This document shows, in pieces, positions 22,809-36,323 of a stretch of 64,000 bases of DNA (positions are counted from its first letter, which is position 1; each line of letters begins with the position of its first letter). The position numbers and the translations under genes are program-made. Source of the DNA: Ptychomitrium polyphyllum. Its lineage: Eukaryota. Below the pieces are notes generated by a model. The model was not told the DNA's origin and did not search any database. It saw nothing but the letters and a program-made list of their open reading frames with translations. The stretch is from NCBI GenBank assembly GCA_973851085.1, contig OZ316776.1, positions 12,524,001 through 12,588,000 on the forward strand, written 5' to 3'.

Positions 22809-25800
22809 CTACACAGAAGCCAGCTTTGAAAATGCCAGCCTAATGGTGTTATTCTGCAGTTGGCTCGCATGCTTGCATACTAGCGCCTCTGTCGCTTGTT
22901 CCTCGCTCTCAAAATGTACCAAAGCCTGCTTCTTGCCGTTGGATTCAAACACCTTTGCATTCACCACCGTGCCGTGCGTGGAGAGGTGCTCTCTGATGTC
23001 GTCCACAGCGATATCTGATGGCAGGCTGGATACATGAATCATCTTCGTCGGTGCACAGCAGTACCGGTAGTTCTTTGCAGCATTGCGGTTGAACCGATTC
23101 AGAGGAGAGGAAGAGAAATCCGAAGTATCCGGCGACGGGTTGATCTGCGCATGCTTTGAGAAGTTCACGTCCATCCGTTTCCCAAACAGCGTCACACCCT
23201 GCACATTTCCAACAACCTAAGAGACTCACCCCACCTTCCGTAACCCAGAAAGAGAGAAAGCTCAAAACGAAGTCCGACTGGCAGCCATGTACGCCTGACA
23301 CAATAACAGTAGGGACCCCAATCAGCATGTGCACCTTCAGGTAGTTGAAAGCCAGCTCAGCTTGAAATCCATCCCCCATTTGGATCAGAGCATGGTCGGG
23401 CTTGTTGTGAAGAATCTTGATACGCACAATGTTCCCATAGTTGGAAAAGAGGTTGAACAGCTTGTCTGCGTCGATTTTCTGCCAACAGTATCGCCCACCT
23501 CAATACCGTTAGCCTTGGCCAGCAAATCTCATTCAACTCCAAACTGTCCTCCACTAGCGCCCTCACAAGCCTCTCATGTGCCCAACAAGCGCAGATACAT
23601 GTCCATCATTTCAAGCGCATCCCCCAACTCACCTCTGGCACAAGGTTCGACACCAGGAGTGTGCTCCTATCGTTGGTGCCTGTGATACCCGGAGGAAGCA
23701 CACCACCAAACGCCGCAGCCGCCGCAGATGCCCCACCCATCGGGACCTATACACAACAATCATACCACATTCCTCACTTCTTCCCGGGTACCATCAACCA
23801 CTACCAGCAATCCAGACTAACTTAACACGACAAGCCGCGTCTACTTCCTCCTTGGAAACGTCACAGCTTACCTGGTAAGAATTCATGCCAAGTGACGGAT
23901 GCCCTCCCGACTGCTGATAACCTCCTGCTCCACACAATCCAACTCACACCCGTGTCAGCGCCAAAAGATACAACAGCACCCACGCACAACCCACTCACGA
24001 TACTCACACGCACCCCACCACAGGGTGTTCCGTCCATACCAGGCCTGGGCCCGCCCGGCTGCATGTTGTAGATGTTGCCACCCTCCCCAAAAAGTGAAGA
24101 CTGCACCAGCGAAACCCCCCAGTTAGACATGCACATACCACCATCCACCGGTGGCTCGCATGACTACACTACACGCATGAACGAACCTCATCAACCAAGC
24201 TCCGCAATGCCGATTCACATGCCGGTTCCAGTACCTCGGGGATGCCAGAGACCAAGCACCGCATTGCACACAACTAACGACCCTCGCCACTCGCCACTCT
24301 CTAAAATTTCATACACCACATGTGCACACCCGGACTTGAAAATACAAAATAGTACCTACAAAAACGACTGGACCGTACCATGATATTATTGCCAGGATTC
24401 CCCGGTCGTGACTGTTCTGACGGCAAAGCAGCATTAGTGAAATCCCTGCAACCCAACATTCCCAAAACCTTCAGCCTTCGGATCAGGGCGATCCTTCAAA
24501 ACACCTATGGGCATTGGGCATAGCAGAATCGGCTGGACAGTCCAACGCCTCCAAATTACACATAAAACCCACTCCACGCCCACCCCATTCATGAACTCAG
24601 ACTCAATGAGTCTCCCAACAATAGCTTTCCGTAGCCTCTACCAAAGCCCCAAATCCTCTATGCATCTACGGCTCTATCAGAGCATCCACCGCCAAGCTAC
24701 AGCGTTGCTTATTTCACAGCATATCGCCATTCACAGCCCCTGTAAACCCACTCCTCCGTTGGACCGTGACGATTGATTTCTCAAATGGAACACACCGGTC
24801 AGAAACATACCTCGTCCGTTCGTTGTTGTAATTCACCTGCAGCTCCTGGAGGCTGGACAACATCAAAGCACTGCATCAGCATCGTCTCTAACCCGGGACG
24901 AGAATCGACTCTTCTTTTCTTCCGGGCAAATCCTTCCTACCAAGTTCCGTTCCTTCATCGTAACATGGGATTGCACAAATCAAACGACCACGCACATGCT
25001 GGACTACACTAACTCAGGACCATGCGACAAGCGCTTACTTGGAAAACTGGATGTCCAACGTACAGCAGCCATCGTATATATTGCGGCCCTACACACAAAA
25101 CCACCTCTCCAATCAGGACCAATCCTCGTCTTTCAGGAATGCGCCAGAGATGATGTGACATCAAACAAGCACACAACCCAACCACACCACCTACTTGCAA
25201 CGTGTTTCTGGCTTGCGTTGCACTGATCTGCAACGCGTATTGCAGCAAAGCTTGAAGGCCTGCACCCATGCACACAATTTCACACCACTCGGTCAGACCC
25301 CCATTGATGGACTGGTACACAACAAAAGTATGTTTGTTTGGTAGAAGGGCGCAGGCATAGGCGTAGGCAAAGGCAAGAGAAAAACAAAAGGAAAAAAAAA
25401 ACAGAAAACGGAGGAAAAGAAACACGAGACAATCATCTGCCAGGCACCGCATCTCGACCTGCTTCTACAATGCGAACAACCCCTTCCACATGCACACCAT
25501 ACTTCGCCTAAACACCCAATGCCTTACGCCACATATCCTTCGCTCTCTGACCTTTGCAACCAATCGACACACCTAGCATATATTGTTCCAGCCTGTTAGA
25601 TGCCCCCGGATGCACCTCATCACACGCACTGACATGGCTCCGCGAACGACAAGAGGGGAAGGAGAAGGAGAAGGAAAAGAAAAGAAAACGGTCCACAAAG
25701 GCAGAGGGAAGAAAGATAGTGAAGACAGAAGAGAAGCTGACCAGCTGACTTTTGGAAGGTGACGATCTTCTCGACAAAGCCATGAGGGGAAAACACTTGG

Positions 25801-26983
25801 TGCAGCACATCCACGGTGATAGGATAAAGCGGGTTGTGTATGGTAATTAAAAGAATTCGATTGGGCAGCAGTTCCTGGAGAATAGCAAAGCAGAGACAAG
25901 TCCAACATTTCCCCAGCATGGGTAGAAGGAAGGAGGAAAAGAAGTGAGAGAAGCAAGAGAAGAAAGTCAAGCAAAAGAGAGACCAAGCTCTGCCTTCAAG
26001 GAAGGTGATGACTCACATACCCAGGGACAACCATCAGGAGGAATGCACTCTAAAGAGGGAGGGTGAATATCGAACCCTGACCTGCTCTGCAGGTAACCGC
26101 CTCATCTGCCCATTCTGGTCTGGGGTAGTTAGTTCCTGATGTGAAGAGAACTGCATGTACACATTCCTACCCCTGCACATCCCCACCAACAACCACCACG
26201 GATGCAGTAAGAACACGTGATATGAGCCGCTCCCAACTGTGCGCCCAATACTGCAATGCCTACGATTTGCCCAAACACAACATAACTCCACAGGTCCACT
26301 AATTCCACAACCTACCGCACACTGGGTTGCACCGAAGTGTAGTACTGCATCACGCTGAGGGCAGACGGAATGTCCTGCATCTGCAGCAAAGCCTGCACAA
26401 CCAAAATCAAAGCCAAAACAATGAGCCACCCGAGCAACATTGTTACCATACAGCTCAAAAGCGGGCACTCCATACTCACGATTCCATCACACTGAATAGG
26501 CCAATCTACCCAAAGAGAACACTGAACGGCAAGCTTCGACTTTGTTTCAGACTCAGCCCCAACTGTCAACACATGCCTGATTCTTTGCGCGCAACATAAC
26601 CACTTTCTGCACCACTCCAAACGACTGGGCCAGCTGGAGAAGGTCATGCTGAAAATCAAAACAACATAAGACGAATTAAAGAATTGACAAATCAGAACAT
26701 TAACAAGGGCTCCTTGATTGCGTTCCACAAATCCTTTTGGGGCACCCTTACCACAACCGTAATCCAAGGTCGGGACCACTCTCTGCACGTCCCAATTAGT
26801 TGCACGACAGGCAAATCAGTCTCCTCTCGAGTGCATGGAAAATGACCTCATCCATAACAAAATTCCAAAGGCCACCAAATTCTCAATGTGTACAGAGAAG
26901 GGTGGAGAAAAACAGAAATAACGTACCTCTGATATCTCAGGACCCACATTTCGTATGTGAAGCACTTTTGAAGGCTCGGTCAT
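22809..26983 (-). CDS. PTB3: PTB3-type protein, copy 2 (identical mirror of copy 1)
   Basis: Reverse complement of 16152-20326. Exon coordinates equal 43135 minus those of copy 1. Confidence 0.93.
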
Positions 26984-29900
26984 CTTGACGTTCGCAGCAG
27001 GCGCTGCACACGTAACCACGCTACACATCATCAGACTCCTCTCTAACAACTTCAAACCGTGAATCAACACCAACGCTGTGCGAGCCTGTCTACATGTCTC
27101 ATGTCAAGCAGCCGTTCCGACCAGTAGATACATATACTCAGTGCTATCGTCACCAGATCAACCACGCTGGTCTCCTCCCACTGAAACCTACACAATGATC
27201 ACTTCCCCTTGACTACGATTCCAAAGATCACATCAACCTCTCACACCGTTTCCTCACAGTACAACTTTGCCACAGAAAGGAAGGACAATACCACACACTT
27301 CACAAGGAGAAAAGGAGGGAATAAAAAAAATTTAAACAACCCAAAACCACCAGAAATCAAGGCCACGTACACCAGACACGGTCCCACCTTGCAAATGCCT
27401 GATAGGGTGCCTCATAATGTATTTGCTTGAGAGAGAAGAGAGATGACAGAGGTTTGGTCTTTCGAAATCTGTTGTGTGGTCGCGGTGACACCCCCCGATT
27501 GCACCAACATAAAATACATGAAATGAATACTACTGTTGGCAAAACAAAGAGCAACTCAAGGGTAGCATGGCAGGCATGAGAGCGGCTCCCACGACCAGTC
27601 CGAGGAGCCAGGAACAGCAATGCAATCACGACGGTTGCAGGGCAACCACCAAGCAGCTGCACTACAAAAGATGGTCACAACATTGCAACAAGATGACAGT
27701 TCCGGTGGCTGCACCACGGAGAGATGAACAGCTACAGCATTGTACAAACGTGGAAAACAGGATTGCGTCACGTATCCACTCCCCAACTCCACAAACCACC
27801 CACGCACAGAGATTAACCTGGACGACCGGATGATGACACAGCCAAGCTGTCCGGAGTCTACAGGACCACCCAAGGAATCGAGCAGGCCATAAGAATCTAC
27901 AAGGCCAAGGACGAGATGTTCGAAACCCAGACGAACAAATTTGGCCGATCTCCTGACCTTGCAGGAAGGCCACATATGCTGTCAGTTGTCCACTCAATTC
28001 TGGAATCAGAAGAAGGAGACGGAGAAGGAGAAGAGCATGGGAACCAGCCAAGCCAGGAGCAGAAATTTTCAACAACTCACCAAAATCGCTAGAGCGGTAA
28101 ATATCCCCCGTCCGCGGGCTTCCTTATTCACAACTACACGCAGGGAGGGCAGGCACGCACGCACGCACGCACGCACGCACCAGCAGATAACCCTAAGATT
28201 CCCCCGCGTTTCTGGTACCTGAAACGAATGACGCACGCAGAAACTATCAAGGAGCTAGCGTAGATGTGCTCACTTAGAATCAAACAGTCACCCTCACCAG
28301 CGCCCTGAGACCCACGCACAACCGAGAACAGGCGGGGGATCTCCCGAGAAGACGTGCAGGGTAGAAGGTGGAGCTTGAGGAGGCGACGTACACAAACAAA
28401 AAGCCCAACAAAACTCGCACTTCAGCAACCAATTTCTTCAAACAGGCAGACGACGGAAATGAGAGCACGACCAAAACCCACACTCCTCAGAGAACAGCAG
28501 CAATGAAATTAGCATTCATGCCAAGCAGAATGCACAGCCCCGCTCCACTCCGCCAACGAGCGCACCAGAACCACGGTGCTCCGGACCACGAGACCGAAAC
28601 CAATCAAAAAGCCCCAGGCAATGCAAATCCTCCGTGACGATCACGGCACTAACTTACGCGCTGCCCTCGACCACCGCACGAGATGGCCGCGCACAGGGAT
28701 AACACCGAAATTGACAACATTTGCAGAAATTGGAAACCCAAACCACACCCCCTCCAAAGGAGCCAAAAGCCCGCGCACCACGTACCCTAATGTCCCTCCA
28801 ACACGCGCACCCGCACCCGCACCCGCACCCGCACGCGAGCAGAGCAGAGCAGAGCAGCGCCCTCGGACGAACGAACGACGACAGCAAGACACGGCGCACT
28901 CGGGCTCCGTCCTCGGCGCAGAAAGCCGAGCAGTACAGTGGCGCGGGGGACGAGTGCGCAAGTCAAAGGCGCGACTGCTTCCGCGAGGTCGGGGATGCTC
29001 GCGCGGGAGCCCCTCGCTCGCACCGTAGAGCGCACTCACTCCAAGTCCAGTGGTGGTGGGTTCGGCGCTGAATTCCGATTCCTCGAGCCCGGCCTCGGAG
29101 GGTAGGGGGGAAAAAGGAAAATGTGAAAATCAGAATCCCCGGGGGGTGGGAATCGGTCAATGCATGGCCATGGCGAGGGATGGTGCAAAAGCCGCGCGCA
29201 ACGCCACTCGCGAGGCCGAGCTAGGGTTTCGACGAACGTCGTCGCAGCAAATCAGCTCCCGCTGTCCTCCAGCGCCCTGCTCGCCCCGGCGCCCGCAGCC
29301 CTGCCCGCGCCCCGGCGCCGTCCGATCGCGCCCTCTGCACGGCGCGGATGCGGCGCCCGGGCCCGGCTCCGGGCCGACGCGGTCTCCCTGCGGTTGCTCC
29401 CACCCGCCTGTCCACGGAGTGCCGGCATCGCGCGGCCCGGTGTCGCCCGGCGCCCACCCGCAGCGATCTCTCATTCCCCGACCGCACGAGCCGCCGGCCC
29501 CAGTCACGCCCCGTGCCGCGTCCCAACAGCGGAAACCGGTCCCCGGACCGATCAAGGCCATCGACGCTGACCGGCGCAGCCCCGTACTGCGTGACGGTGC
29601 GCGCCCGTCACGGCTGCCGTGCGCCCTGACTGCTGCACGGCACCTATTGAGACTTCGTACCGGGCGCTGCGCTGCGCTCTGGGCCTGCTGATCACCGAGT
29701 GCATGTGACGATCGGCGATGAGTTGCACGTACCCTGCCTTCTGTTTTAAGTAGGAGTATAGCGGAGGTAAGGTTGTCTTGGGAGTAGTAACATTGTCTTG
29801 GTACAGTGTTTCTGTTTTAGAGTTTCTTTTTAGGGATGTGGTTGGTACTATAACACAGTTCCTATGTTTATCAAAAGGTACACCGAAGATAGATCGGGCC

Positions 29901-30036
29901 AGTATCGTACAAGGTGAGTTTTTCATAAGGTGTTTAAAGAAGTCATTATGCTGAATAATTTTCTGCGTGACAGGAAAAGACCACGATTATCTAGCATATC
30001 TGCTGCATTCTCGAAATTAGGTTCGGCAGATTCTCA

Positions 30037-33000
30037 CTAGAACATCCTTATGAACCCCACAAGAGCGTGACTCCCACGATGTAGGCCACTATCACCATCT
30101 AGATGCCCGTCGACCATCTCTGTGCCCTCCAAGTGAATGATCTCTATGTCCCGAATGTCTCTCTTCAACACCATCGCCAGCCGTGAGATTGCTTCTGTTT
30201 GTTGCCGCAGAACCTGCAATCAACACGGCACCAATACTTCTTCAACAAATCCTGGCGACATGGCTGCAACTATTCGTTGATCTAAATGCACCACAGAATA
30301 AATCGCCGGTAACTACGCGAACTCTTACGTCCTCGACCAAAGCCATTCCATACTTTCAGATGCATCAAACTAAGCCAAAGATGGAATACATAAATCCAAG
30401 TCCACATCCTCTGCTGCTTGTGTGACACAATCGACACAGAAAACTCGAATCATGTCCGCAGAAATGGAAGTCAGAAACCGAACCTCGTGCATTTCAACAA
30501 GACTCTGATTGTCGATCTTCCCTGGGCCCAAAAGCACCGATTGTGTTCCGCTTCCCACCCCAACTTGCATCCGGGATGTCGACAGCAACGCCTCCACTCT
30601 TCGGGGCAACTCTGCACTCGCTCCTTGAAGCTGCACCCGAAACAACGCCCCACCGTGATCAACTCACTCCACAACCCAACCCCACACCAACTCCCATCAC
30701 ATCCCGCTCTGCACAACTCACCTGCCATGTCAGGCCCCTCAGGTGATCACCCAGCTTCGCCTCTCCTCGACTCACTGCCATGTGTAAACCCTTGCCTTCC
30801 AGAGCTTCCACCATCCTCATCATCTGCACCACGCAAACTCGCTCTGCTTGCGTCAGAAACCACCGCCCATACTTCCCTACAAACATCAACTGCTTCACTT
30901 CACACCTCTCCCGTCCTATTCATCGCACGGATGCACGTCCAATCTTCGCGCCATCACCACCATTTCATCCCTCGTGCCTGCCACGTCCTCTCACATTCGC
31001 ATCCTCAAAACCTCGTACCTACCATACACCTTCTACTTGCACTCCTTCACCCCCGACAAAGACCAACAGAACGGACTGTGCACCTTCAGCAGACGACGTT
31101 GCAGATCCTGCTCCTTTTGACGAAGCCGTTGAACCCACGGCAGGGTGTCTGTTTCGAAGTGACGACGGAGCTGCACGCACCAAACCACAACACGCTCCGT
31201 TACACGAAAACATCCGCACCTCTGCGCACCATCTGCCTACTCATCTCACTGCAAACTTCTGCCCCTTCTAGTCGCTCCAAACATCCCGCAACACAACCCA
31301 CAACCACATCCGCTCATCCGTGCTCGAATCAAAAGGACCGAAACCACAGGGTTCCCACACCAACTCTGCTTCGCTCGACGCGCCCACGACTAACATCACC
31401 CTCCAACCTCACTAGCAATTCCAGGAGCTAAGCTCACTAACCAGCTTCACGTTCGACTCTGTTGCTTGAAGGCGCTGGACATCAGCCGTGCTTGCCTCGT
31501 CCTGGAGCTGCAATGTCACCATCCCATCCATCAGCCTCACATCCACTCCTCCACACTCCCCACCGACCACGACTGACCAACCACCCTTCACACACACCAC
31601 CCTAACATCCACATGCCCGATCCTAACACGAATGGAAGCTCGTCGCCACATCCAACACCTCTACGCTCACATGGACGTCCAATCACACCGTGCCCGCGCT
31701 CATCTCCAGCTGGCCAAATCGTCCCCCGACAAACAAACAAACGACTCCCTCTCCGTGCATCATGCCCTTCCACCCGCCCGTGCCACACCACCGGACCGCA
31801 CTTCCATGCAGCGGATGCGACCAACGGGAACCGGGCCCACTCCACAGCGTCACCACCACCACTGCAATCTGCCGCCGCCAATATCACCATGCCATACTCA
31901 CTCCCACGTCACCCCGATCACAAACGGATCCCTGTCCTGCTCGAATACATGCGCTCGCTACTTGCTACAGGGTACAACCCAGCGCGTCCGCACTCCCGCG
32001 CACCTGCCGGAACCCACGACGGTACAATCCCAAACGACCCCTCACGCGCCACACTCGTACCTTCATCCGTCGAGACAGATCCTTGAACCCGTGTACCAGC
32101 TCCGGCCACAGTCGTTCCCTGTCCATGCTCTCCAACCCCTCCAGTTTGTTCATAGCCTCTGCCCACAGAATCTACACCACATCCCACAACCGCAACCCGC
32201 CTCAGTTCCCCCAACACCGCCTCGTCGACTCCCACCCATCTCGACATCCCCATCGCCTCCACAAACAACAACCACACACACACAACTCCCAACTGTCCAC
32301 CCTGCGATGCTATCCACCCGCCCAACGGCCATCGGGCTGCCGGATATCTTACATCTGACACGCCCACAGGTTTGAACCGCGCTGCTGGATCCGTTACGCT
32401 CAACAGCAAGTACTGCGCCAACCACCAACCACACATCCCACGTTACATCGCCGTATCTCATCATCCACCTGCTATCAACCTCACACCCATCAGCACCGCA
32501 CCAAACCACCCCGCTGCCCGAAACCACCCCGCTGCCCGCAACCACCATGACATGGAACCCTCGCACCGCACCCACCTTGAAACCGTCGTGAGCGTTCCCC
32601 ACATCGTCTCTGTACGCATCCACGATTGCCTGCAAAACAAGCCCATCGTTCCACCACTCAGCACGACCCCACCGCCACGCACCACATCGCGTTGGAACCC
32701 CCCCCCACACACACACACCGCGAACACAACCCTTCCTCCCTCCCGCCAGCTCCACACCCCACACATGCCAAACCACGCTTCCCCGACAAATCCATCCGCA
32801 CCCCCACCTACTGCAAACCACCCTCAGGCATACGCCTCATGCATGCACCTCTCACTCGCACTGCCACTGCTCCACGACCCCCCACCTGAATCTCCCGGTC
32901 CGGCAAAGGCACCACCACCGGTGCCACCGGGGCCATCTGGGTTGTCAGGTTGCCGCTGAACATGTTCGTCTGCTGCGGCGCCTGGCTCTGAAACGCGTTC

Positions 33001-34549
33001 GCCTGCTGCTGCCCAAACAGTCCACCGGAAGCCTGGTTCAACGCCGATGCCTGCTGCTGCGCCTGTCCCCCAAACAAGGGGCTCTGCCCTGCCTGCCCGA
33101 ATGCTGGTGCCTGCGGCGCTTGCCCAAAGCTTGCTTGGCTCTGTCCGAACGCTGGTGTCTGCTGACCCTGCCCAAAAGGCGATGGCGTCTGCCCAAACAG
33201 CGAGCTTCCCTGTTGCTGACCTGACGGACACAACACAGGCCCTCAGTCTCATGCCAAGAGAGGCCCCCACAACACATTCGTTCTGGCGTCTCAGGCTGCA
33301 CCCCGATCGCACTCACCGAACACCCCTCCATCCCACTCAAAATCCACCCGCGTCAACTCGAGGCAACGTTCGGGTCACGACTTGCGGACCACCAGACATG
33401 ACAGGACCAAGCCGCCAGCACACACGACGGCGCGCACCGATGAAGCTGGAACCGGAGGAACAGAATCCCACACCGCTGCAACCCCCGATTCCACACGCCA
33501 AACGCTACGCGCCTCGGCCCGACAACATACACGACCTCCGCATCACCAGCTGGCTCGTACCTGATGCTCCGAATGCTGGCGTCGAAGGAGTCGCACTGCC
33601 GAAAAGCCCTCCGCCACTGCTCGCCCCAAACGCGGGCGTCGACCCGAACAAGCCCCCACCGCCACCAAACACAGACCTGCGCATCTCACACCCGATCATC
33701 CTTCAGCTGCCGTTCATCATCGCTTTCGTTCACACCAAGTACAGCGGATCCCACGTCGCTCAGCACCCACCACGCCGGGACACCGATGTTTGCCTGCACC
33801 AGGAGCGGGACACCCCAAACCTAAAACCCTAAACCCCGAGCGCAAGGTATCCCAAGACCTCCGTTCTCGGAACCAGGTCAGGCGGTGCCACTGTTTCGTC
33901 GGGAGGTCCCGCTGCGCCCACACAACCTCGATGCACTCTCGTGTCGTCACAAGCTCACACGCGCGACATCCTGTCAAACAGGCACTGGAGAGGTTTCCAG
34001 TATGCCCTCGCGCATGCCCGGATGATTCATACCCTCCACCGAGTGATTCATCCGGCCATTCCAGGCGGGTACTCCGACCGTGAACACGCCCAACGATACA
34101 TGTGAAGGCCGGACATGGCAATTCTCCGCGCGAACGGATGCATGCCGATCACCGTGCTGGCATTCCAGCACTACACTTCCAAAATGCACGCGGCTCCAGT
34201 GGGGGCATCGGCTGGTCGGCCTCAAAAGAACACCCCGCGGATTGCCGTGGACGCGCACGGTCTGGGATCCACGGCCCGCCAACCCTCGGGCTGAGCGCCG
34301 TTCCCGTCCGCTCTCCCAATGCCCTTCCCACAGACGACCAAAACGGAATTTGCTACTCTGGAAAATGCACGACACACACAGACACGCACTCCCGACCTCC
34401 CACCCCCGAAACGCCAAAGAAGAGCGAAGGCCGTACCCGGTGGACGGTTGCGGTGCCGCGGGCGTGGAGAAGAGGCCGCCAGCGCCGGCTGCGAAGGGCG
34501 ACGCCCCGCTGGACTGCGCCCCACCCGGGGGGGTGCCGAAGAACGACAT
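30037..34549 (-). CDS. NUP54: Nuclear pore complex protein NUP54 (FG-repeat N-terminus, coiled-coil C-terminus); 11 exons, 455 aa
   Basis: Exons 34549-34437, 33676-33561, 33220-32886, 32629-32576, 32412-32353, 32171-32061, 31507-31442, 31170-31084, 30823-30722, 30630-30484 and 30213-30037, all GT-AG and in frame. Motifs LTTQMAPVAP, WAEAMNKLEG..RERLWPELVHGFKDLS and VLKRDIRD match plant NUP54. Confidence 0.93.
33824..33836. promoter_or_regulatory. Telo-box / short telomere-like motif in NUP54 intron 1
   Basis: AAACCCTAAACCC. Confidence 0.5.
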
Positions 34550-36207
34550 CGCTCACCAGCGCCCGTCTCGCATCCCCGTCGCAGGGGCTGTGCTGCCTCC
34601 GGCGAGCGCCCACCCGACGGATCCCACCGGCTCCCGCACGCGACCACGACGCTGCACAGGGGCTTAAGTAGGGCTGGGGGTGCGCTCGCGTCGGTCCGTC
34701 ATGGCGCTCCGCGGCCGAGTCTGCGAGAACACGTCTGCAGTCCGCAGTCCACCGGACGGTGGTCGCAGGCGCTGCAGCTGGGAGTCGCGCACTGCGAGGG
34801 CTACGGCACCCACGGCCTGGCAGAAGCTCACATCACAGCAGCCATGGCGCCATGGCCGTCTCCACGGCCATCCGGGCTGCCCATCGCCACACTCCCCTCC
34901 TGCGTGGGAACGGGCGATCCCGCTGGGGAACGGGCGTGGTGGAGATGCGTTTGCGGGGGCTCGCGTCCATTTGGGGTCAGCAGTTTTGTCTTTCGTTTGG
35001 TTCCCCCTTGCAGCCCGGGATGTCGATCCAGCTTGCGAGCAAGTCGTTGTCGGCCAATAAAATACGCTACCATTTCGGATTGAGAGAGGTGTATAGTTTT
35101 GGATTAGTTTCGATTTTGTTGTCGAACAAACAGCGTACGAATGCATGGTACTTCAGGACATTCAACTGTATCGAAGTATTGTGAGGTCCTCTTTGCTCCT
35201 CCATACGAGAAAATCGAAGTATTTCAGCTTAAGACATGGATATCTTGGGTAGTGAAAAATTTGTAGGCGATGAATTTTAGTCTTGGTAAGTGTCTCTGGG
35301 TTAACATGTAAAGTTCAATTTCACATGATCAGAAGTCAATTTGCGGAATGGTTATGTATGAACGGAGTGGAAGTGCCAAAGAATTTAAGAAGGCTAACTA
35401 GATAGTCTCAAGTGAATGAATATTAATTTTCATGTATAATAATTGTCTTTGTATCTACAAATCCAAAATTATTACCTATATAATACAATAATTATATAAA
35501 TATCAAAATGCTTTAAAGTTTATGATCTTTGCACTCTATCGCACTTGAAGTCTTTAACGAGGAGCTTCATGCAACATATATTGTTGTGTATTGGTGTCAA
35601 GAGTAAATTATTGCTAAATATTGCAATATACACCGACAATTGCATAATATTTTTTAAACAATCACTTTCATCCAATAATTTAGATTATAAAAGAAATTTT
35701 TTTTTTAATTAGAGAGGATTTCTTCCTTGTACAAACTCCTAGATTGCCATTCTAAGAGTACTTCCAAAATGATATAAGTAAGAAAACTTTTTTGTAGAAT
35801 TTTTTTCCAAATGGCCAACCAATTCATTTTCTCATAATCTTCAAAGTACTTCTTCCCTAGGTAATAAAATAAGGTGCAACAAGAGATATTCAGAAATTAC
35901 CAACTTATTAAATTGCTGAAATCCTTTTAATCCAGCAAAAATCTCTTCTCTCATAGGCAACAAGAGGTATGATGAGGACAAAAGTTATGAAGCTATCCTT
36001 AATTACCTTTAAGTTAAGGCAAAAAAGTTATGGTGTTGAAATCACTTGAACACCTTTATAAAGAGTCTTCATATTGCAACACATGATCCAGTACAATATA
36101 ATCCAAAATTTTGTTGAATGTAGTAAAGAAAAAATTCTCAAAAAAAAGCCCACTAATTTTCAACTGATATCGTTGAGAAGCAAGGGGGGGGGGGGGGGTT
36201 AGGGTGT

Positions 36208-36282
36208 GGCTGGGCTCTGTGGAGAGGTTTGAGAAGGCTGGGCTCTGTGGAGAGGTTTGGGAAGGCTGGGCTCTGTGGTGAG
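36208..36282 (+). repeat. 28-bp tandem repeat (~2.7 copies) after a G15 run, upstream of the next gene
   Basis: GGCTGGGCTCTGTGGAGAGGTTTGRGAA units at 36208, 36236 and 36264. Confidence 0.9.
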
Positions 36283-36323
36283 CACTTCTCTGTTGCTTGC
36301 CTGTCGCCCTTCCGTCGCTGGCT

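Larger units (their letters stand above)
13284..29851. repeat. Giant inverted repeat: arms 13284-21551 and 21604-29851
   Basis: Every ORF in 13.4-21.3 kb has an identical mirror with constant coordinate sum 43135, so no indels. The arm continues after the gap (21439-21551 mirrors 21604-21716). Confidence 0.98.

Noticed and set aside
30418..34671. Long plus-strand His/Pro/Thr-rich ORFs (337, 295 and 261 aa)
   Set aside because: Antisense to NUP54 and caused by C/A skew. The minus-strand exons explain the region.
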